A stretch of 64,000 nt of DNA from Candidatus Magasanikbacteria bacterium CG11_big_fil_rev_8_21_14_0_20_39_34 (GCA_002787355.1 PCWN01000001.1:13838-77837), one strand, 5' to 3'. Positions 1 through 10,893 are shown, counted from the stretch's first letter. The notes: a model not told the origin generated them from the sequence alone. Numbers and translations: made by a program.

Positions 1-246
1 CTCCCCATTAGTGATATAAATGACCTGGTCTGTACGGACGAAGATGGTGATGGATTCAGTAAAGAAGGACAAGCCTGTGGTCCAGTTGATTGTAACGACT
101 CTTACAATATGGCACATCCTGGTGGATTCGAAATTTGTGCAAATGGAATAGATGACAACTGTGATGGACAAGTAGACGAGAACATCTGTAAAAATAGAAG
201 AATTTGTCTTGGAGAGGGTTGTCCATCAACCATTATCTACGAGTAA
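1..246 (+). CDS. 3' fragment of a Cys/Asp-rich secreted protein with MopE-like 'putative metal-binding motif' repeats (truncated by window edge)
   Basis: Frame 1 reads ...CTDEDGDGFSKEGQACGPVDCNDSYNMAHPGGFEICANGIDDNCDGQVDENICK...IIYE* with stop at 244-246; motif PGxxEiCdGiDnDCDGxvDE is typical of the Myxococcus/CPR 'putative metal-binding (MopE-like)' repeat; no start in window. Confidence 0.45.
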   Translation, partial: LPISDINDLVCTDEDGDGFSKEGQACGPVDCNDSYNMAHPGGFEICANGIDDNCDGQVDENICKNRRICLGEGCPSTIIYE

Positions 247-258
247 AGATTTTTCAAA

Positions 259-298
259 TAAAAAAAGATCCCGAGAATTGGGATCTTTTTTTATTTTT
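259..298. terminator. bidirectional rho-independent terminator between convergent upstream gene and rpoC
   Basis: AAAAAAA-GATCCC-GAGAATT-GGGATC-TTTTTTTATTTTT; perfect 6-bp stem with A-run before and T-run after. Confidence 0.55.
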
Positions 299-306
299 CG
301 TACTGC

Positions 307-3300
307 TTATTCGTTGAAACCAGTTCCAACTGGAATAAGTCTTCCGATAATAACATTTTCTTTTAATCCATCTAGATAATCAACCTTACCAGTAATGGCA
401 GCATTGATAAGTACCTTTGATGTCTCTTGGAAAGATGCAGCCGAGAGGAAGCTCTGGGTTGAAAGTGCAACTTTTGAAATTCCCAAAAAGAGTTCACGAG
501 AGGTTGCTTCCTTTTTCTTTTCTCTTTTTGCCTCTTTATTGGCCAAAAGAAGTTGACTCTTTTCTACCACTTCCCCAGGTATAAGATCCGTTTCTCCGGC
601 ATCTTCTACATATACACGTGAGAACATTTGCTTGATGATAACCTCGATATGTTTATCATTGAGCTTCTGTCCTTGTGCGGCATAAATAGCCTGAATCTCA
701 TTGAGGATATAGGTCTGAACCGCAACCCTCCCTTTCAATTCATACAGTTCATGGAGATCTACACTTCCTTCGGTCATTTGGTCACCTTTTTCAATGCTAT
801 CACCATTCTTTACATACAGTTTATATCCAATTGGTACAATGTATTCCTTCGTTTTCTTTCCTTCATAAGAAAGGTAAAGTTTATTCTTTTCCTTTCTCAA
901 AGTTCCAGAGTAACTTGCTTTTATTTGTTCTCCTGAACTTCCTCGAACTAAGATAACATCTCCCTTTTTCACTTTTCCACCATCTTCTACACGAATATCG
1001 TCGGCCCGATTTACTTTAATTTCAAGTTCATCCATTCCTTCAAAGTGAACTTTGATAATTTTCTGACCACGACGTCCTTCAAAGATCTTTCGTCCGGTAG
1101 GACTGGTGATTACTTTTCCATCTGCGTCTTCAATTTCTACAACACCATCAACCTCTGTAAGAAGTGCCTTGTGTTTTGGAGTACGTGCCTCAAAAAGTTC
1201 TTCTACACGAGGAAGACCCTGGGTAATATCCCCTCCGGCAACTCCTCCCAAGTGGAAGGTTCTCATAGTAAGCTGAGTACCCGGTTCTCCAATGGATTGT
1301 GCAGCGATAATTCCTGCAGCTACACCTTTTTCTGAAACTCTATTGTAACAGAGGTTGTATCCGTAACATTTTACACATACTCCCTTTGGTAAACGACAGG
1401 TGTACACACTCCTTACATGAATTTCTTCCAAATCTGCCTGTTCAATATGTCTTGCAACTTCTTCGGTGATAACTTCTCCAGATTTTATTATGGTTTTCTT
1501 TCCAAGAGTAATATCTGAGAGGACAAACCGTCCCATAACACGATCTGAAAGTTTTTGTCCCATGTGTGCGGATTGGGCTTTTGTAATCATTACTCCTTCT
1601 TCATCACAACAATCATCTTCTGTTACTACCACATCTTGTGCAACATCTACCAGACGACGTGTAAGATATCCTGCATTTGCTGTTCTCAAAGCGGTATCTG
1701 TCAAACCTTTACGTGTACCGTGTGAAGAAATAAAGAATTCCAACACAGAAAATCCTTCTTTAAAGTTTCCTTTTACTGGCAACTCAATAATATCTCCAGA
1801 AGGTGATGCTACAAGTCCTTTCATTGCAACGACTTGTCCCAACTGTCCAAGTGAACCACGAGCTCCAGAGTCAATCATGGCAAATACAGAATCATCTTTT
1901 CGAAGTGTTCCTTTTGTTTTTCCGTAAAGTTTTTCTTTTACTTCTGACCAAACCTCGAGTACTTTTGCATGTCGTTCTGACTCTGTTAACAAACCTTGGT
2001 TATATTGGTCTGCAACCATCTGAATTTGCTCGTCCGCTTGTGCCAAAAGTTCTGCCTTTTCTGGAATACTTGGAAAGTCACTGATAGAGATAGAATATCC
2101 AGACTTCGTAACATATTTAAATCCAAGATTTTTCATTCTATCTAAAACCTTTGCAGCTTCATCCATTCCATAGAGTTCCAAAACGAGGTCAATAATTTGT
2201 CCTAAAGTTTTCTTGGTAATTGCTTCATTGTAGTATGGCAATTTTTCAGGAACAATTTCGTTGAAGAAAATTCTTCCTATACTTGTCTCTACAATAGATG
2301 AAGCCCCTTCTTCAAACTTAGACATATCATCAAAGCGTACTTTGATGCGTTCCTTCAAACCAATCTTTCGAGTTTTGTAAGCAAATTTTGCCTCAATAAT
2401 ACTTGAAAATATTTTCTTTACCTCTTCGGTATCCGTCTCAGCATATTTACTAATATAGTAACAACCAAGAGTAATATCCTGTTGAGGAGTTTTGATAGAA
2501 GAACCTGTTGCAGGTTTCAAGATATTTTTTTCACATGCCATCAAGTTTTCTGCCTCCCACTTTGCTTCTTCCGTAAGTGGTACATGAACCGCCATCTGGT
2601 CTCCATCAAAGTCTGCATTAAATCCGGCACATGCAAGTGGATGCAACTGAATAGCTTTTCCTTCAATAAGCCTTGGTTTGAAAGCTTGAATACCCAAACG
2701 ATGCAAAGTAGGTGCACGATTCAATAATACACGGGTATTTTGTGTTACATTTTCCAAAATATCCCATACTTCCGGTGCATTACTTTCAATGAATCGGGAT
2801 GCACTTCGTACATTGTGTGCAAGTTCTTGCTTAATAATCTGAGACATGACAAACGGCTTGAAGAGTTCCAATGCCATCATCTTGGGAAGACCACACTCAT
2901 CAATATTCAACTGAGGTCCTACCACAATTACCGAACGACCAGAATAATCTACACGCTTACCAAGAAGGTTTTGACGGAAACGTCCTTGTTTTCCTTTCAA
3001 GATATCTGCCAAAGATCGAAGTTGTCGTTTTTGTCCGGTAGATGCTGTTACTGTTTTTGATGCACGAGCAGAGTTGTCAATTAAAGCATCAACGGCCTCT
3101 TGCAACATGCGTCGTTCATTTCTACAGATAACTTCTGGAGCATTCAAATCAAGAAGTCTTCGCAAACGGTTGTTTCTGTTGATGACACGGCGGTAAAGAT
3201 CATTCAAATCACTGGTCGCAAAACGTCCTCCGTCAAGTGCTACCATAGGTCGAAGATCTGGTGGAACCACAGGGATAACTGTCATGATCATCCATTCAGG

Positions 3301-4179
3301 ACGAATATCATTCTTTACCAAACTCTTGAGAAGTTTCACGCGACGAATCATACGTTCACGTTTTGTTCCTTTTGTTTTCTCAATTTCAGCCTCAAGATTT
3401 TCTACTGTTTTTTCAAGATTCAATTTTTCCAATAAAAATCGGATGGCACGACCACCAATATCGGCATCAAACAAATGACCAAATCGTAACGCAAGTTCTT
3501 GGTAATCATTTTCTGAGATGATATTCATCATGGTAAGTTCTTTCAACTCAGATTCTACCCTCTTGAAATCTTCTTCCAAAACCGCTTGCTTACTTTCTCT
3601 TTCTTTATCAATAGCAGAAATTTCAGCTTTTTTAGCATTATTTTTTTCTGCGTTTGCTGTCTTTTGTTTGTATTCGTTATTAATTTGTTTCTGCTTTGAT
3701 TTAAATTCCGCCTTCAACATTTCCAAAGTTTGTGCCTTTCCTTCTTCATCTACATGCGTAATGATAAATGAAGCAAAGTAAATAACTTTTTCCAATGCTT
3801 GCATGGAAAGATCCAATACCAAACCAATTTTCCCTGGAATAGACCGCAAAAACCAAATATGAGAAACTGGACTTGCAAGCTCAATGTGTCCCATACGCTC
3901 ACGACGAACAAGCGAGTGTGTTACTTCTACGCCACATTTATCACAAACAATTCCTTTATAACGAATCTTTTTATACTTTCCACAATAACATTCCCAATCT
4001 TTTGAAGGTCCAAATATTTCTTCTGCAAAGAGACCACCCTTTTCTGCACGTTGTGTACGATAGTTGATGGTTTCTGGTTTGCTTACCTCACCGTAAGACC
4101 AATTCCGGATAACCTCCGGAGAAGCGACTCGCAATGACAAGGCATCGAAATCCATTGAATGAAGTGTATCTTTTGACAT
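307..4179 (-). CDS. rpoC: DNA-directed RNA polymerase subunit beta'
   Basis: 1290 aa; N-terminal zinc-binding CYCGKYKKIRYKGIVCDKCGVEV, NADFDGD catalytic loop, trigger-loop and C-terminal conserved blocks. Confidence 0.97.
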   Translation of the reverse strand: MSKDTLHSMDFDALSLRVASPEVIRNWSYGEVSKPETINYRTQRAEKGGLFAEEIFGPSKDWECYCGKYKKIRYKGIVCDKCGVEVTHSLVRRERMGHIELASPVSHIWFLRSIPGKIGLVLDLSMQALEKVIYFASFIITHVDEEGKAQTLEMLKAEFKSKQKQINNEYKQKTANAEKNNAKKAEISAIDKERESKQAVLEEDFKRVESELKELTMMNIISENDYQELALRFGHLFDADIGGRAIRFLLEKLNLEKTVENLEAEIEKTKGTKRERMIRRVKLLKSLVKNDIRPEWMIMTVIPVVPPDLRPMVALDGGRFATSDLNDLYRRVINRNNRLRRLLDLNAPEVICRNERRMLQEAVDALIDNSARASKTVTASTGQKRQLRSLADILKGKQGRFRQNLLGKRVDYSGRSVIVVGPQLNIDECGLPKMMALELFKPFVMSQIIKQELAHNVRSASRFIESNAPEVWDILENVTQNTRVLLNRAPTLHRLGIQAFKPRLIEGKAIQLHPLACAGFNADFDGDQMAVHVPLTEEAKWEAENLMACEKNILKPATGSSIKTPQQDITLGCYYISKYAETDTEEVKKIFSSIIEAKFAYKTRKIGLKERIKVRFDDMSKFEEGASSIVETSIGRIFFNEIVPEKLPYYNEAITKKTLGQIIDLVLELYGMDEAAKVLDRMKNLGFKYVTKSGYSISISDFPSIPEKAELLAQADEQIQMVADQYNQGLLTESERHAKVLEVWSEVKEKLYGKTKGTLRKDDSVFAMIDSGARGSLGQLGQVVAMKGLVASPSGDIIELPVKGNFKEGFSVLEFFISSHGTRKGLTDTALRTANAGYLTRRLVDVAQDVVVTEDDCCDEEGVMITKAQSAHMGQKLSDRVMGRFVLSDITLGKKTIIKSGEVITEEVARHIEQADLEEIHVRSVYTCRLPKGVCVKCYGYNLCYNRVSEKGVAAGIIAAQSIGEPGTQLTMRTFHLGGVAGGDITQGLPRVEELFEARTPKHKALLTEVDGVVEIEDADGKVITSPTGRKIFEGRRGQKIIKVHFEGMDELEIKVNRADDIRVEDGGKVKKGDVILVRGSSGEQIKASYSGTLRKEKNKLYLSYEGKKTKEYIVPIGYKLYVKNGDSIEKGDQMTEGSVDLHELYELKGRVAVQTYILNEIQAIYAAQGQKLNDKHIEVIIKQMFSRVYVEDAGETDLIPGEVVEKSQLLLANKEAKREKKKEATSRELFLGISKVALSTQSFLSAASFQETSKVLINAAITGKVDYLDGLKENVIIGRLIPVGTGFNE

Positions 4180-4212
4180 ATGTAATTTTTTTATCGATTG
4201 AGTAATAAAACG

Positions 4213-7200
4213 TTAGATCTCCTCTTGCACTTCATCACGATCTCGTTTTTTTTGTGCACGAATTTCCTCAACCGGAAGATAGTTTCCATTGTCCGCACGA
4301 CCAAGCAGAGCTACATCCAAACTTAAACCTTTGAGCTCACGGACAAGTACATTAAATGATTCTGGTAAGTTTACCCGAGTAATAGGTTCTCCCTTGATAA
4401 TTGCTTCATATGCCTTTGATCTTCCCGGGACGTCATCAGATTTGATAGTTAATATTTCTTGCAATGTATGTGCAGCACCGTATGCTTCAAGGGCCCAAAC
4501 TTCCATCTCTCCAAAACGCTGTCCACCAAACTGTGCTTTACCACCAAGTGGCTGTTGGGTAATAAGAGAGTATGAACCAATAGATCTCTGGTGAATTTTA
4601 TCTTCCACCATATGGTTCAATTTCAACATGTATGCATATCCGACAGTGGTGCAGTGATCAAATGGTTCACCGGTTCGTCCATCAAAAAGTTGCAACATAC
4701 CATTTCTTGGGAATCCTGCTTTTTCCAGCTGATCACCAATCTGATCAGGAGTAATTCCGTTAAATACCGGAGTTGCCGCTTTATATCCCAAAGCATTTGC
4801 TGCCAACCCAAGGTTGGTTTCCATAAGCTGTCCCAAGTTCATACGAGATATAACACCAACCGGGGTCAAGATGATATCAATAGAAGTTCCATCATCCAAA
4901 AATGGCATGTCTTCTACTGCGACGATACGAGAAACCACACCTTTGTTTCCATGACGACCTGCCATTTTATCTCCAACTTGGATTTTACGTAGGTCAGCAA
5001 TAGTTACCTGTACTTGTTTAATAACTCCTGGCTGTAATCGATCTCCTTCTTCTGAAGAAAATACTTTTACATCAACCACTTTTCCATGTTCTCCATGTTC
5101 TAGATAAAGAGAAGAATCACGAACATCTCGTGCCTTTTCTCCAAAGATTGCTCTCAAAAGACGTTCTTCTGCTGAAAGTTCTGTTTCACCTTTTGGAGTA
5201 ATTTTTCCAACCAAGATATCTCCAGAATGCACTTCCGCACCAATGCGAACAATTCCTTCAGAATCAAGATTCTTTAACTTTTCTTCAGAAACATTTGGAA
5301 TATCACTCGTTACCACTTCTTCTCCCAATTTTGTTTCACGTACATCAATGAGATAATCTTCAATGTGAACAGAAGTATAGGTATCTTTTTGAACAAGACG
5401 TTCTGAAATAATAATAGCATCTTCGTAGTTGTAACCATCCCAAACCATGTATGCAACCAAAACATTTTTTCCAAGAGCCAATTCTCCATTTTCTGTAGAA
5501 GGTCCGTCTACAAGAACATCACCTTTCTTTACTTTATCACCGAGTGAAACCACTGGTCTTTGGTCAATACAACTGGAAGCATTGGAACGAACGTATTTAT
5601 TCAATCTATAACTGTATACTTTTCCTTTCTTTCCTGTTACTTCTACTTTATCACCCTGAACAAGGGTAACCTCCCCATCTTCTGGTGCAAGGATTACATG
5701 TCCACTGTTTACTGCTGCCGCTTTTTCAACTCCTGTTCCAACAAGGGGAGCATCCGGAACCAAACAAGGTACCGCCTGTCTTTGCATGTTCGTTCCCATA
5801 AGAGCACGTGTAGCATCATCATGTTCCAAGAATGGAATCAAGCTCGTTGCAACAGATAAAATTTGGTTTGAAGCCACATCAATATAGTCAACCATATCAG
5901 ACTCAATGGTCTCAGGCTTCCCATATACACGTGCAGGAATACGTTTTTCTACCAAGTAACCATCCGCTTCAACAGGTGTCGTTGCACTTGCAGTAATAGA
6001 TTTTTCTTCTTGAAAAGAATTCAAATATACCAGCTCATTGGTCACTCTGGCTTTTACCTTTACTTCTTTGATATCTTTATTTGCTTCAAGTTTTTTTGCA
6101 ATTGCATCAGTTATCTTTTCTCCTCCTTTTACAATACCCGCAATATCTTCTCGAGCAATTTCATCTTTCGTGAAGCGCGCTTCATTGGGAACAGTATGAA
6201 TGACTCTTCTGTATGGAGTTTCAATAAATCCAAAAGGATTAATCTTTGCAAAGTTAGAAAGATGTCCTACAAGACCAATGTTTGGTCCTTCCGGAGTTGC
6301 AATAGGACAAATTCTTCCATAGTGAGTGGTATGAACATCACGAACTTCAAACCCTGCACGATCACGAGAAAGTCCTCCTGGACCAAGTGCAGAAATTCTA
6401 CGCTTATGTTCAAGTTCAGAAAGAGGGTTAATCTGATCCATGAACTGTGAAAGCTGTGAACTCATAAAGAATTCACGAACCGCACCTATCACCGGACGAG
6501 CATTGATTAATTTGTTTGGTACCAATGTCTCAATATCATAGGTACTCATGCGGTCCTTGATGATACGTTCCATTCGTGCAAGTCCTACTCGAAATCTATT
6601 CTGTACCAATTCACCAACCGCACGAATTCTTCTATTTCCAAGGTGGTCAATATCATCTGGCAGATCCTGTGTTACACTCAATCGTACAATTTCTTTTATA
6701 ACAAGAACCAACTTTTCTGGTGAAAGTACACGTTGTTCAATGCTATCGTAGCTATCTTGATCAATCTTTAAACCAAACTTTGTATCAAACTTATAAACAC
6801 CCACGCGGCCAAAATCATATCGGTCAAAGTTGAAAAACATAGAATGGATTAAACTCTTTGCATTGTCCGCAGTTGCCAAATCCCCTGGTCGAATTCTTTT
6901 ATATACTTCAATCAATCCCTCTTCTTCATTTGAAGAAATATCTTTTTTCAAAGTTTGTTCAATAAAGTCAATGTTTGAGTGCGTATTTACATCCTCAAAC
7001 AACTTTCTGATGGTGTCGTCATCACTGTAACCAAAAGCTCGCAACAGCGCCGTTGCTGCGACTTTTCTCTTTCTGTCTATTTTTGCCCAAATCACATTGT
7101 TGGAGTCTGTTTCCAATTCTATCCATGCTCCTCGGTTTGGAATAATCTTTGCTCCATAGTAATTTCTTCCACGAAGATTTTGACTGGTAAAGAATGCTCC

Positions 7201-7632
7201 AGCAGATCGTATAAGCTGAGATACCACCACACGCTCAATTCCATTTACCACAAAAGTTCCTCTATCTGTCATGATAGGGATTTCTCCAAGGTAAATTTCT
7301 TGAACATTTTCTTCTTTTGTTCTTTTATTTACCAGTCGAGCATTTACACGTAGAGGAGCCTCATAGGTAACATTCTTTTCACGACAAGTTACCTCATCAA
7401 ACTTTGGCTCATCTATGAAGTAATCTTCAAAAAAGAGTTCCAAATCTCTTCCGGTAAAATCTTTTACTGGAGAAATTTCTCGGAAGAGGTCTTTTACTCC
7501 ATCTTCTAGAAACCATTTATAAGATGTCTTCTGCACCTCAATAAGATCTGGGGCAGGCATGGCATCACGAATGTCAGTAAAAAAGCTTCTATCTTGCCTT
7601 TTTTCTGACCATTGGCGCTTGTATATGGGCAT
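4213..7632 (-). CDS. rpoB: DNA-directed RNA polymerase subunit beta
   Basis: 1139 aa; conserved rpoB blocks (GEMEVWALEAYGAA, RFGEME, KLNHMVEDKIHQRSIG); immediately upstream of rpoC on same strand. Confidence 0.97.
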   Translation of the reverse strand: MPIYKRQWSEKRQDRSFFTDIRDAMPAPDLIEVQKTSYKWFLEDGVKDLFREISPVKDFTGRDLELFFEDYFIDEPKFDEVTCREKNVTYEAPLRVNARLVNKRTKEENVQEIYLGEIPIMTDRGTFVVNGIERVVVSQLIRSAGAFFTSQNLRGRNYYGAKIIPNRGAWIELETDSNNVIWAKIDRKRKVAATALLRAFGYSDDDTIRKLFEDVNTHSNIDFIEQTLKKDISSNEEEGLIEVYKRIRPGDLATADNAKSLIHSMFFNFDRYDFGRVGVYKFDTKFGLKIDQDSYDSIEQRVLSPEKLVLVIKEIVRLSVTQDLPDDIDHLGNRRIRAVGELVQNRFRVGLARMERIIKDRMSTYDIETLVPNKLINARPVIGAVREFFMSSQLSQFMDQINPLSELEHKRRISALGPGGLSRDRAGFEVRDVHTTHYGRICPIATPEGPNIGLVGHLSNFAKINPFGFIETPYRRVIHTVPNEARFTKDEIAREDIAGIVKGGEKITDAIAKKLEANKDIKEVKVKARVTNELVYLNSFQEEKSITASATTPVEADGYLVEKRIPARVYGKPETIESDMVDYIDVASNQILSVATSLIPFLEHDDATRALMGTNMQRQAVPCLVPDAPLVGTGVEKAAAVNSGHVILAPEDGEVTLVQGDKVEVTGKKGKVYSYRLNKYVRSNASSCIDQRPVVSLGDKVKKGDVLVDGPSTENGELALGKNVLVAYMVWDGYNYEDAIIISERLVQKDTYTSVHIEDYLIDVRETKLGEEVVTSDIPNVSEEKLKNLDSEGIVRIGAEVHSGDILVGKITPKGETELSAEERLLRAIFGEKARDVRDSSLYLEHGEHGKVVDVKVFSSEEGDRLQPGVIKQVQVTIADLRKIQVGDKMAGRHGNKGVVSRIVAVEDMPFLDDGTSIDIILTPVGVISRMNLGQLMETNLGLAANALGYKAATPVFNGITPDQIGDQLEKAGFPRNGMLQLFDGRTGEPFDHCTTVGYAYMLKLNHMVEDKIHQRSIGSYSLITQQPLGGKAQFGGQRFGEMEVWALEAYGAAHTLQEILTIKSDDVPGRSKAYEAIIKGEPITRVNLPESFNVLVRELKGLSLDVALLGRADNGNYLPVEEIRAQKKRDRDEVQEEI

Positions 7633-8214
7633 ATATACGTCAGTTAACGATTAAAAGTAAACTATCGATAATAGAGTCCTCTTTCTCTATTTCAATACCT
7701 TACTTCTCATCATTCATTTTTACGGCAACAAAAAAACACGGGCTCTAAAACCGGTGCTATCTTTTTATTGTGGCCTTATGTGTGAAATCATGACAGATGT
7801 CCCTTTGTTACAAGAGAGATTTTTGCGCCTAATCTAGAGGAATTTCAGACCTTTTGTCACACGGGCCGGCGTCTATTTATTGTTGTCGCTATTATAATGA
7901 ATATACTATCCTTTGTCAAGCTCACATACGAATTACAAAATTTCCATTTTTTTGCTAATTTTAGATAATAAATTAAACTTATCCCTTTTTACACAACTTA
8001 TCCACAGTTACACACTTGATTTAAATTCTGTTCTGTTCCCTAAATCCCTACTCTTCCATATATATAATGTATCATCTATTTTCATAAATGTGAATTCCTC
8101 TGAAAATCTTCTGTCTCTTTATGAGGTAGCAAAAATCAAAATCAATATTTTTTCTTCAAAAAAACAAAGAGGATCTTTTGAGGAGTTCTCTTTTGTGCTA
8201 CAATATCTTCATCT

Positions 8215-10848
8215 ATGGGCAGACGAAAAAAAGAAGAGCAACATGTGCTTGATGCAACACTTTCACAAGGGATTATTGCAATCCTTCTTGTTGTTTTTGC
8301 TTTTATTATTACTTTGTCATTTTTTGGCAAAGCTGGGGCAGTCGGCGAAATGCTGAGCAATTGGGTTCTCAGTTTTCTTTTTGGAAAAATTCGGTATGTT
8401 ACTCCACTTATTGTTCTTCTCATAGCTTGGTTTTTTATAAAGGATAATGACTATGACTATAGACCAACGCATGGCCTGGGAGCAATCCTCTTCTTACTTG
8501 CGGCAGCCAGCCTTTTTCATATTTCTTTTACACCAGACGAAATGTGGCGACAGGCTTTGGAAGGAAATGGTGGTGGAGTCTTTGGTATGCTTTCTTGGCC
8601 TCTCAAAACATACTTGGGATTTGCGGCATCTCTTGCCGTACTGATTGGACTCGTATTGATCTCTCTTCTGCTTATGTTCAATACGCTCATCACACATTTT
8701 GTAATGCTCAATAGAAAGTTGTTCTATGGATTGGGTCTACTTGGGCAATCCATTTTTTTAGTCATCAGAAAATTGTTTGTAAAAAATGAAGATCTCCCTT
8801 TTGATCCAGAAGATACCGAAGACGATTTTGATGAAGATGAAGAAGAAGAGGAAGAAAGACAGTTTTCTCATAAAAGTCTTCACGAAGATGAAGAGGAAGA
8901 TCTTGATATAGAAGATGACGAGTTAGAAGAAGAAGATGATGATGACGACGAGGAGGATGAAGATGACGAAGAACAAGCTCATCCAAATGTTCACAAAATT
9001 CCATTTACGCCTCAGGCTACCCCCACCACGGATGAGGGACCTTGGAGCCTTCCCGTTATTATTAAAAATCCTCCAGCACTTAGTCTTCTGAGCAATAAAA
9101 AAGGGAAACCAACTTCTGGAGATATCCAACGCAATCAAGAAGTTATTCAGGAAACACTTAAAGAATTTCGAATAAACGTCACCATGGGTGAAGCAAGAGT
9201 AGGTCCTACCGTGACTCAGTTTACTTGTAAGCCCGCAAAAGGTGTAAAGCTTACAAAGATTACTTCACTTGCAAATGACCTTGCGCTTGCGCTTGCAGCA
9301 CATCCTATTCGTATTGAAGCGCCTATCCCAGGAAAGTCCCTCGTGGGAATTGAAATTCCAAATAGCAAAGCTGCATTAGTTGGTCTGCGTGAACTCTTAG
9401 AAAGTAAAACCTTCAAAAAAAGAGAACATAATCTCATGATGGCACTTGGTCGTGATGTTGCTGGAAAACCTTGGTTCGCAGACCTTCCAAAGATGCCCCA
9501 TCTTTTAATTGCAGGAGCAACAGGTTCTGGAAAAACGGTCTGTATGAATACCATTATTCTGAGTCTTCTTTACCAGAATACCGCAGAGACCCTCCGTATG
9601 ATTATGGTGGATCCAAAGCGTGTTGAGTTAACACCCTACAACGGTATCCCACATCTCTTAACCCCGGTAATTACCAATGCTACACAAACCGTCAACGCTC
9701 TTAAGTGGACCATCAACGAAATGGATAGACGGTTTGATTTACTTTCCAAAGCAGGTAACAGAAACATTGATACCTACAATGCAAATCATCCAGATAATAA
9801 ACTTCCGTATCTTCTCTTTATCATAGATGAACTTGCGGATCTTATGGCTATGGCCGCAAATGAAGTAGAAGCCGGAATTATTCGCCTTGCCCAAATGGCT
9901 CGTGCCGTAGGAATCCATCTCATTGTAGCAACACAAAGACCAAGTGTAGATGTTATTACCGGACTTATGAAAGCAAACATTCCAGCAAGAATTGCTTTTT
10001 CCGTGGCATCTCTTACTGACTCACGAACAATTCTTGATTCAAGTGGTGCAGAAAAACTTCTTGGACGTGGTGACATGCTTTTTCAAACAGCAGACTTATC
10101 CAAACCAGTTCGCATTCAAGGTGCTTTCATTTCAGAACAAGAAATGAAGCGTATCATCAAATACCTCCGTGGAAACGAGAAACCCGAATATGATGAATCA
10201 ATCATTTCAAAAGCAGGAAACAACTCCGGCGGAACCATGAGCATGTTTGGAGGACCCACAGATGAACGTGATTCACTCTTTAATGATTCAAAAATTGCTA
10301 TTCTTGAAGCCGGAAAAGCAAGTGCTTCTTTTCTCCAGCGAAAACTTAAAGTTGGATATGCTCGAGCTGCACGTATACTAGACGAACTTGAAGAAGCGGG
10401 CATTATTGGACCTGCAGATGGTGCAAAACCTCGGGAAATTCTTGTGACGGAATATGAAGAGGTTCCACTCTCAGAATCAAGAGTAAATGTCTTTGACTCA
10501 ACTTTTCCAAAAGACACAAATACAGAAGATGAAACTGCCGAAGAGGAGGAGGAAAATGATGAAATAGAAGAAGAGTTTGAAGATAACAATGACGACTCCG
10601 AGGAGGAAGATCATTATGAGTACGAAGAAGAAGAGGAGGAGGAAGAAGAAGAAGAAGAAGAGGAAGAAGAAGAAGAGGAAGAAGAAGAAGAGGAGGAAGA
10701 AGAAGAGGAAGAAGAAGAAGAGGAGGAAGAAGAAGAGGAAGAAGAAGAGGAAGAAGAAGAAGAGGAAGAAGAAGAGGAAGAAGAAGAGGAAGAAGCAAAC
10801 CAACACAAAAAAGAAGATGACACCGACATGGATCTACGGTATAACTAA
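8215..10848 (+). CDS. ftsK: DNA translocase FtsK/SpoIIIE with acidic linker and poly-Glu C-terminal tail
   Basis: 4 N-terminal TM helices, Walker A LLIAGATGSGKTVCMNT, Walker B LLFIIDELADLM, gamma winged-helix domain SFLQRKLKVGYARAARILDELEEAG; C-terminus continues into ~70 consecutive Glu encoded by a GAA/GAG repeat. Confidence 0.9.
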   Translation: MGRRKKEEQHVLDATLSQGIIAILLVVFAFIITLSFFGKAGAVGEMLSNWVLSFLFGKIRYVTPLIVLLIAWFFIKDNDYDYRPTHGLGAILFLLAAASLFHISFTPDEMWRQALEGNGGGVFGMLSWPLKTYLGFAASLAVLIGLVLISLLLMFNTLITHFVMLNRKLFYGLGLLGQSIFLVIRKLFVKNEDLPFDPEDTEDDFDEDEEEEEERQFSHKSLHEDEEEDLDIEDDELEEEDDDDDEEDEDDEEQAHPNVHKIPFTPQATPTTDEGPWSLPVIIKNPPALSLLSNKKGKPTSGDIQRNQEVIQETLKEFRINVTMGEARVGPTVTQFTCKPAKGVKLTKITSLANDLALALAAHPIRIEAPIPGKSLVGIEIPNSKAALVGLRELLESKTFKKREHNLMMALGRDVAGKPWFADLPKMPHLLIAGATGSGKTVCMNTIILSLLYQNTAETLRMIMVDPKRVELTPYNGIPHLLTPVITNATQTVNALKWTINEMDRRFDLLSKAGNRNIDTYNANHPDNKLPYLLFIIDELADLMAMAANEVEAGIIRLAQMARAVGIHLIVATQRPSVDVITGLMKANIPARIAFSVASLTDSRTILDSSGAEKLLGRGDMLFQTADLSKPVRIQGAFISEQEMKRIIKYLRGNEKPEYDESIISKAGNNSGGTMSMFGGPTDERDSLFNDSKIAILEAGKASASFLQRKLKVGYARAARILDELEEAGIIGPADGAKPREILVTEYEEVPLSESRVNVFDSTFPKDTNTEDETAEEEEENDEIEEEFEDNNDDSEEEDHYEYEEEEEEEEEEEEEEEEEEEEEEEEEEEEEEEEEEEEEEEEEEEEEEEEEEEEEEEEEANQHKKEDDTDMDLRYN

Positions 10849-10893
10849 TGAATTTAAAAAAAACTTTGTACTTTCTTTTGATGAATGTTATAG

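Noticed and set aside
628-7353. Numerous 60-150-aa ORFs antisense or out of frame within rpoC and rpoB
   Set aside because: They lie entirely inside highly conserved housekeeping CDSs. Their products are hydrophobic and low-complexity, typical of antisense translation in AT-rich DNA.
7913-8423. ORFs 7913-8356 (+) and 8142-8423 (-) in the rpoB-ftsK divergent intergenic region
   Set aside because: AT-rich, Leu/Ile/Asn/Ser-dominated products overlapping the FtsK start. This is more likely promoter DNA. A lone perfect DnaA box at 7998-8006 was noted, but a single 9-mer is expected by chance in 64 kb.
8765-10806. Multiple minus-strand ORFs inside ftsK (poly-Leu/His/Phe products)
   Set aside because: Antisense to a well-supported CDS, with products that are repetitive mirror images of the acidic repeats.
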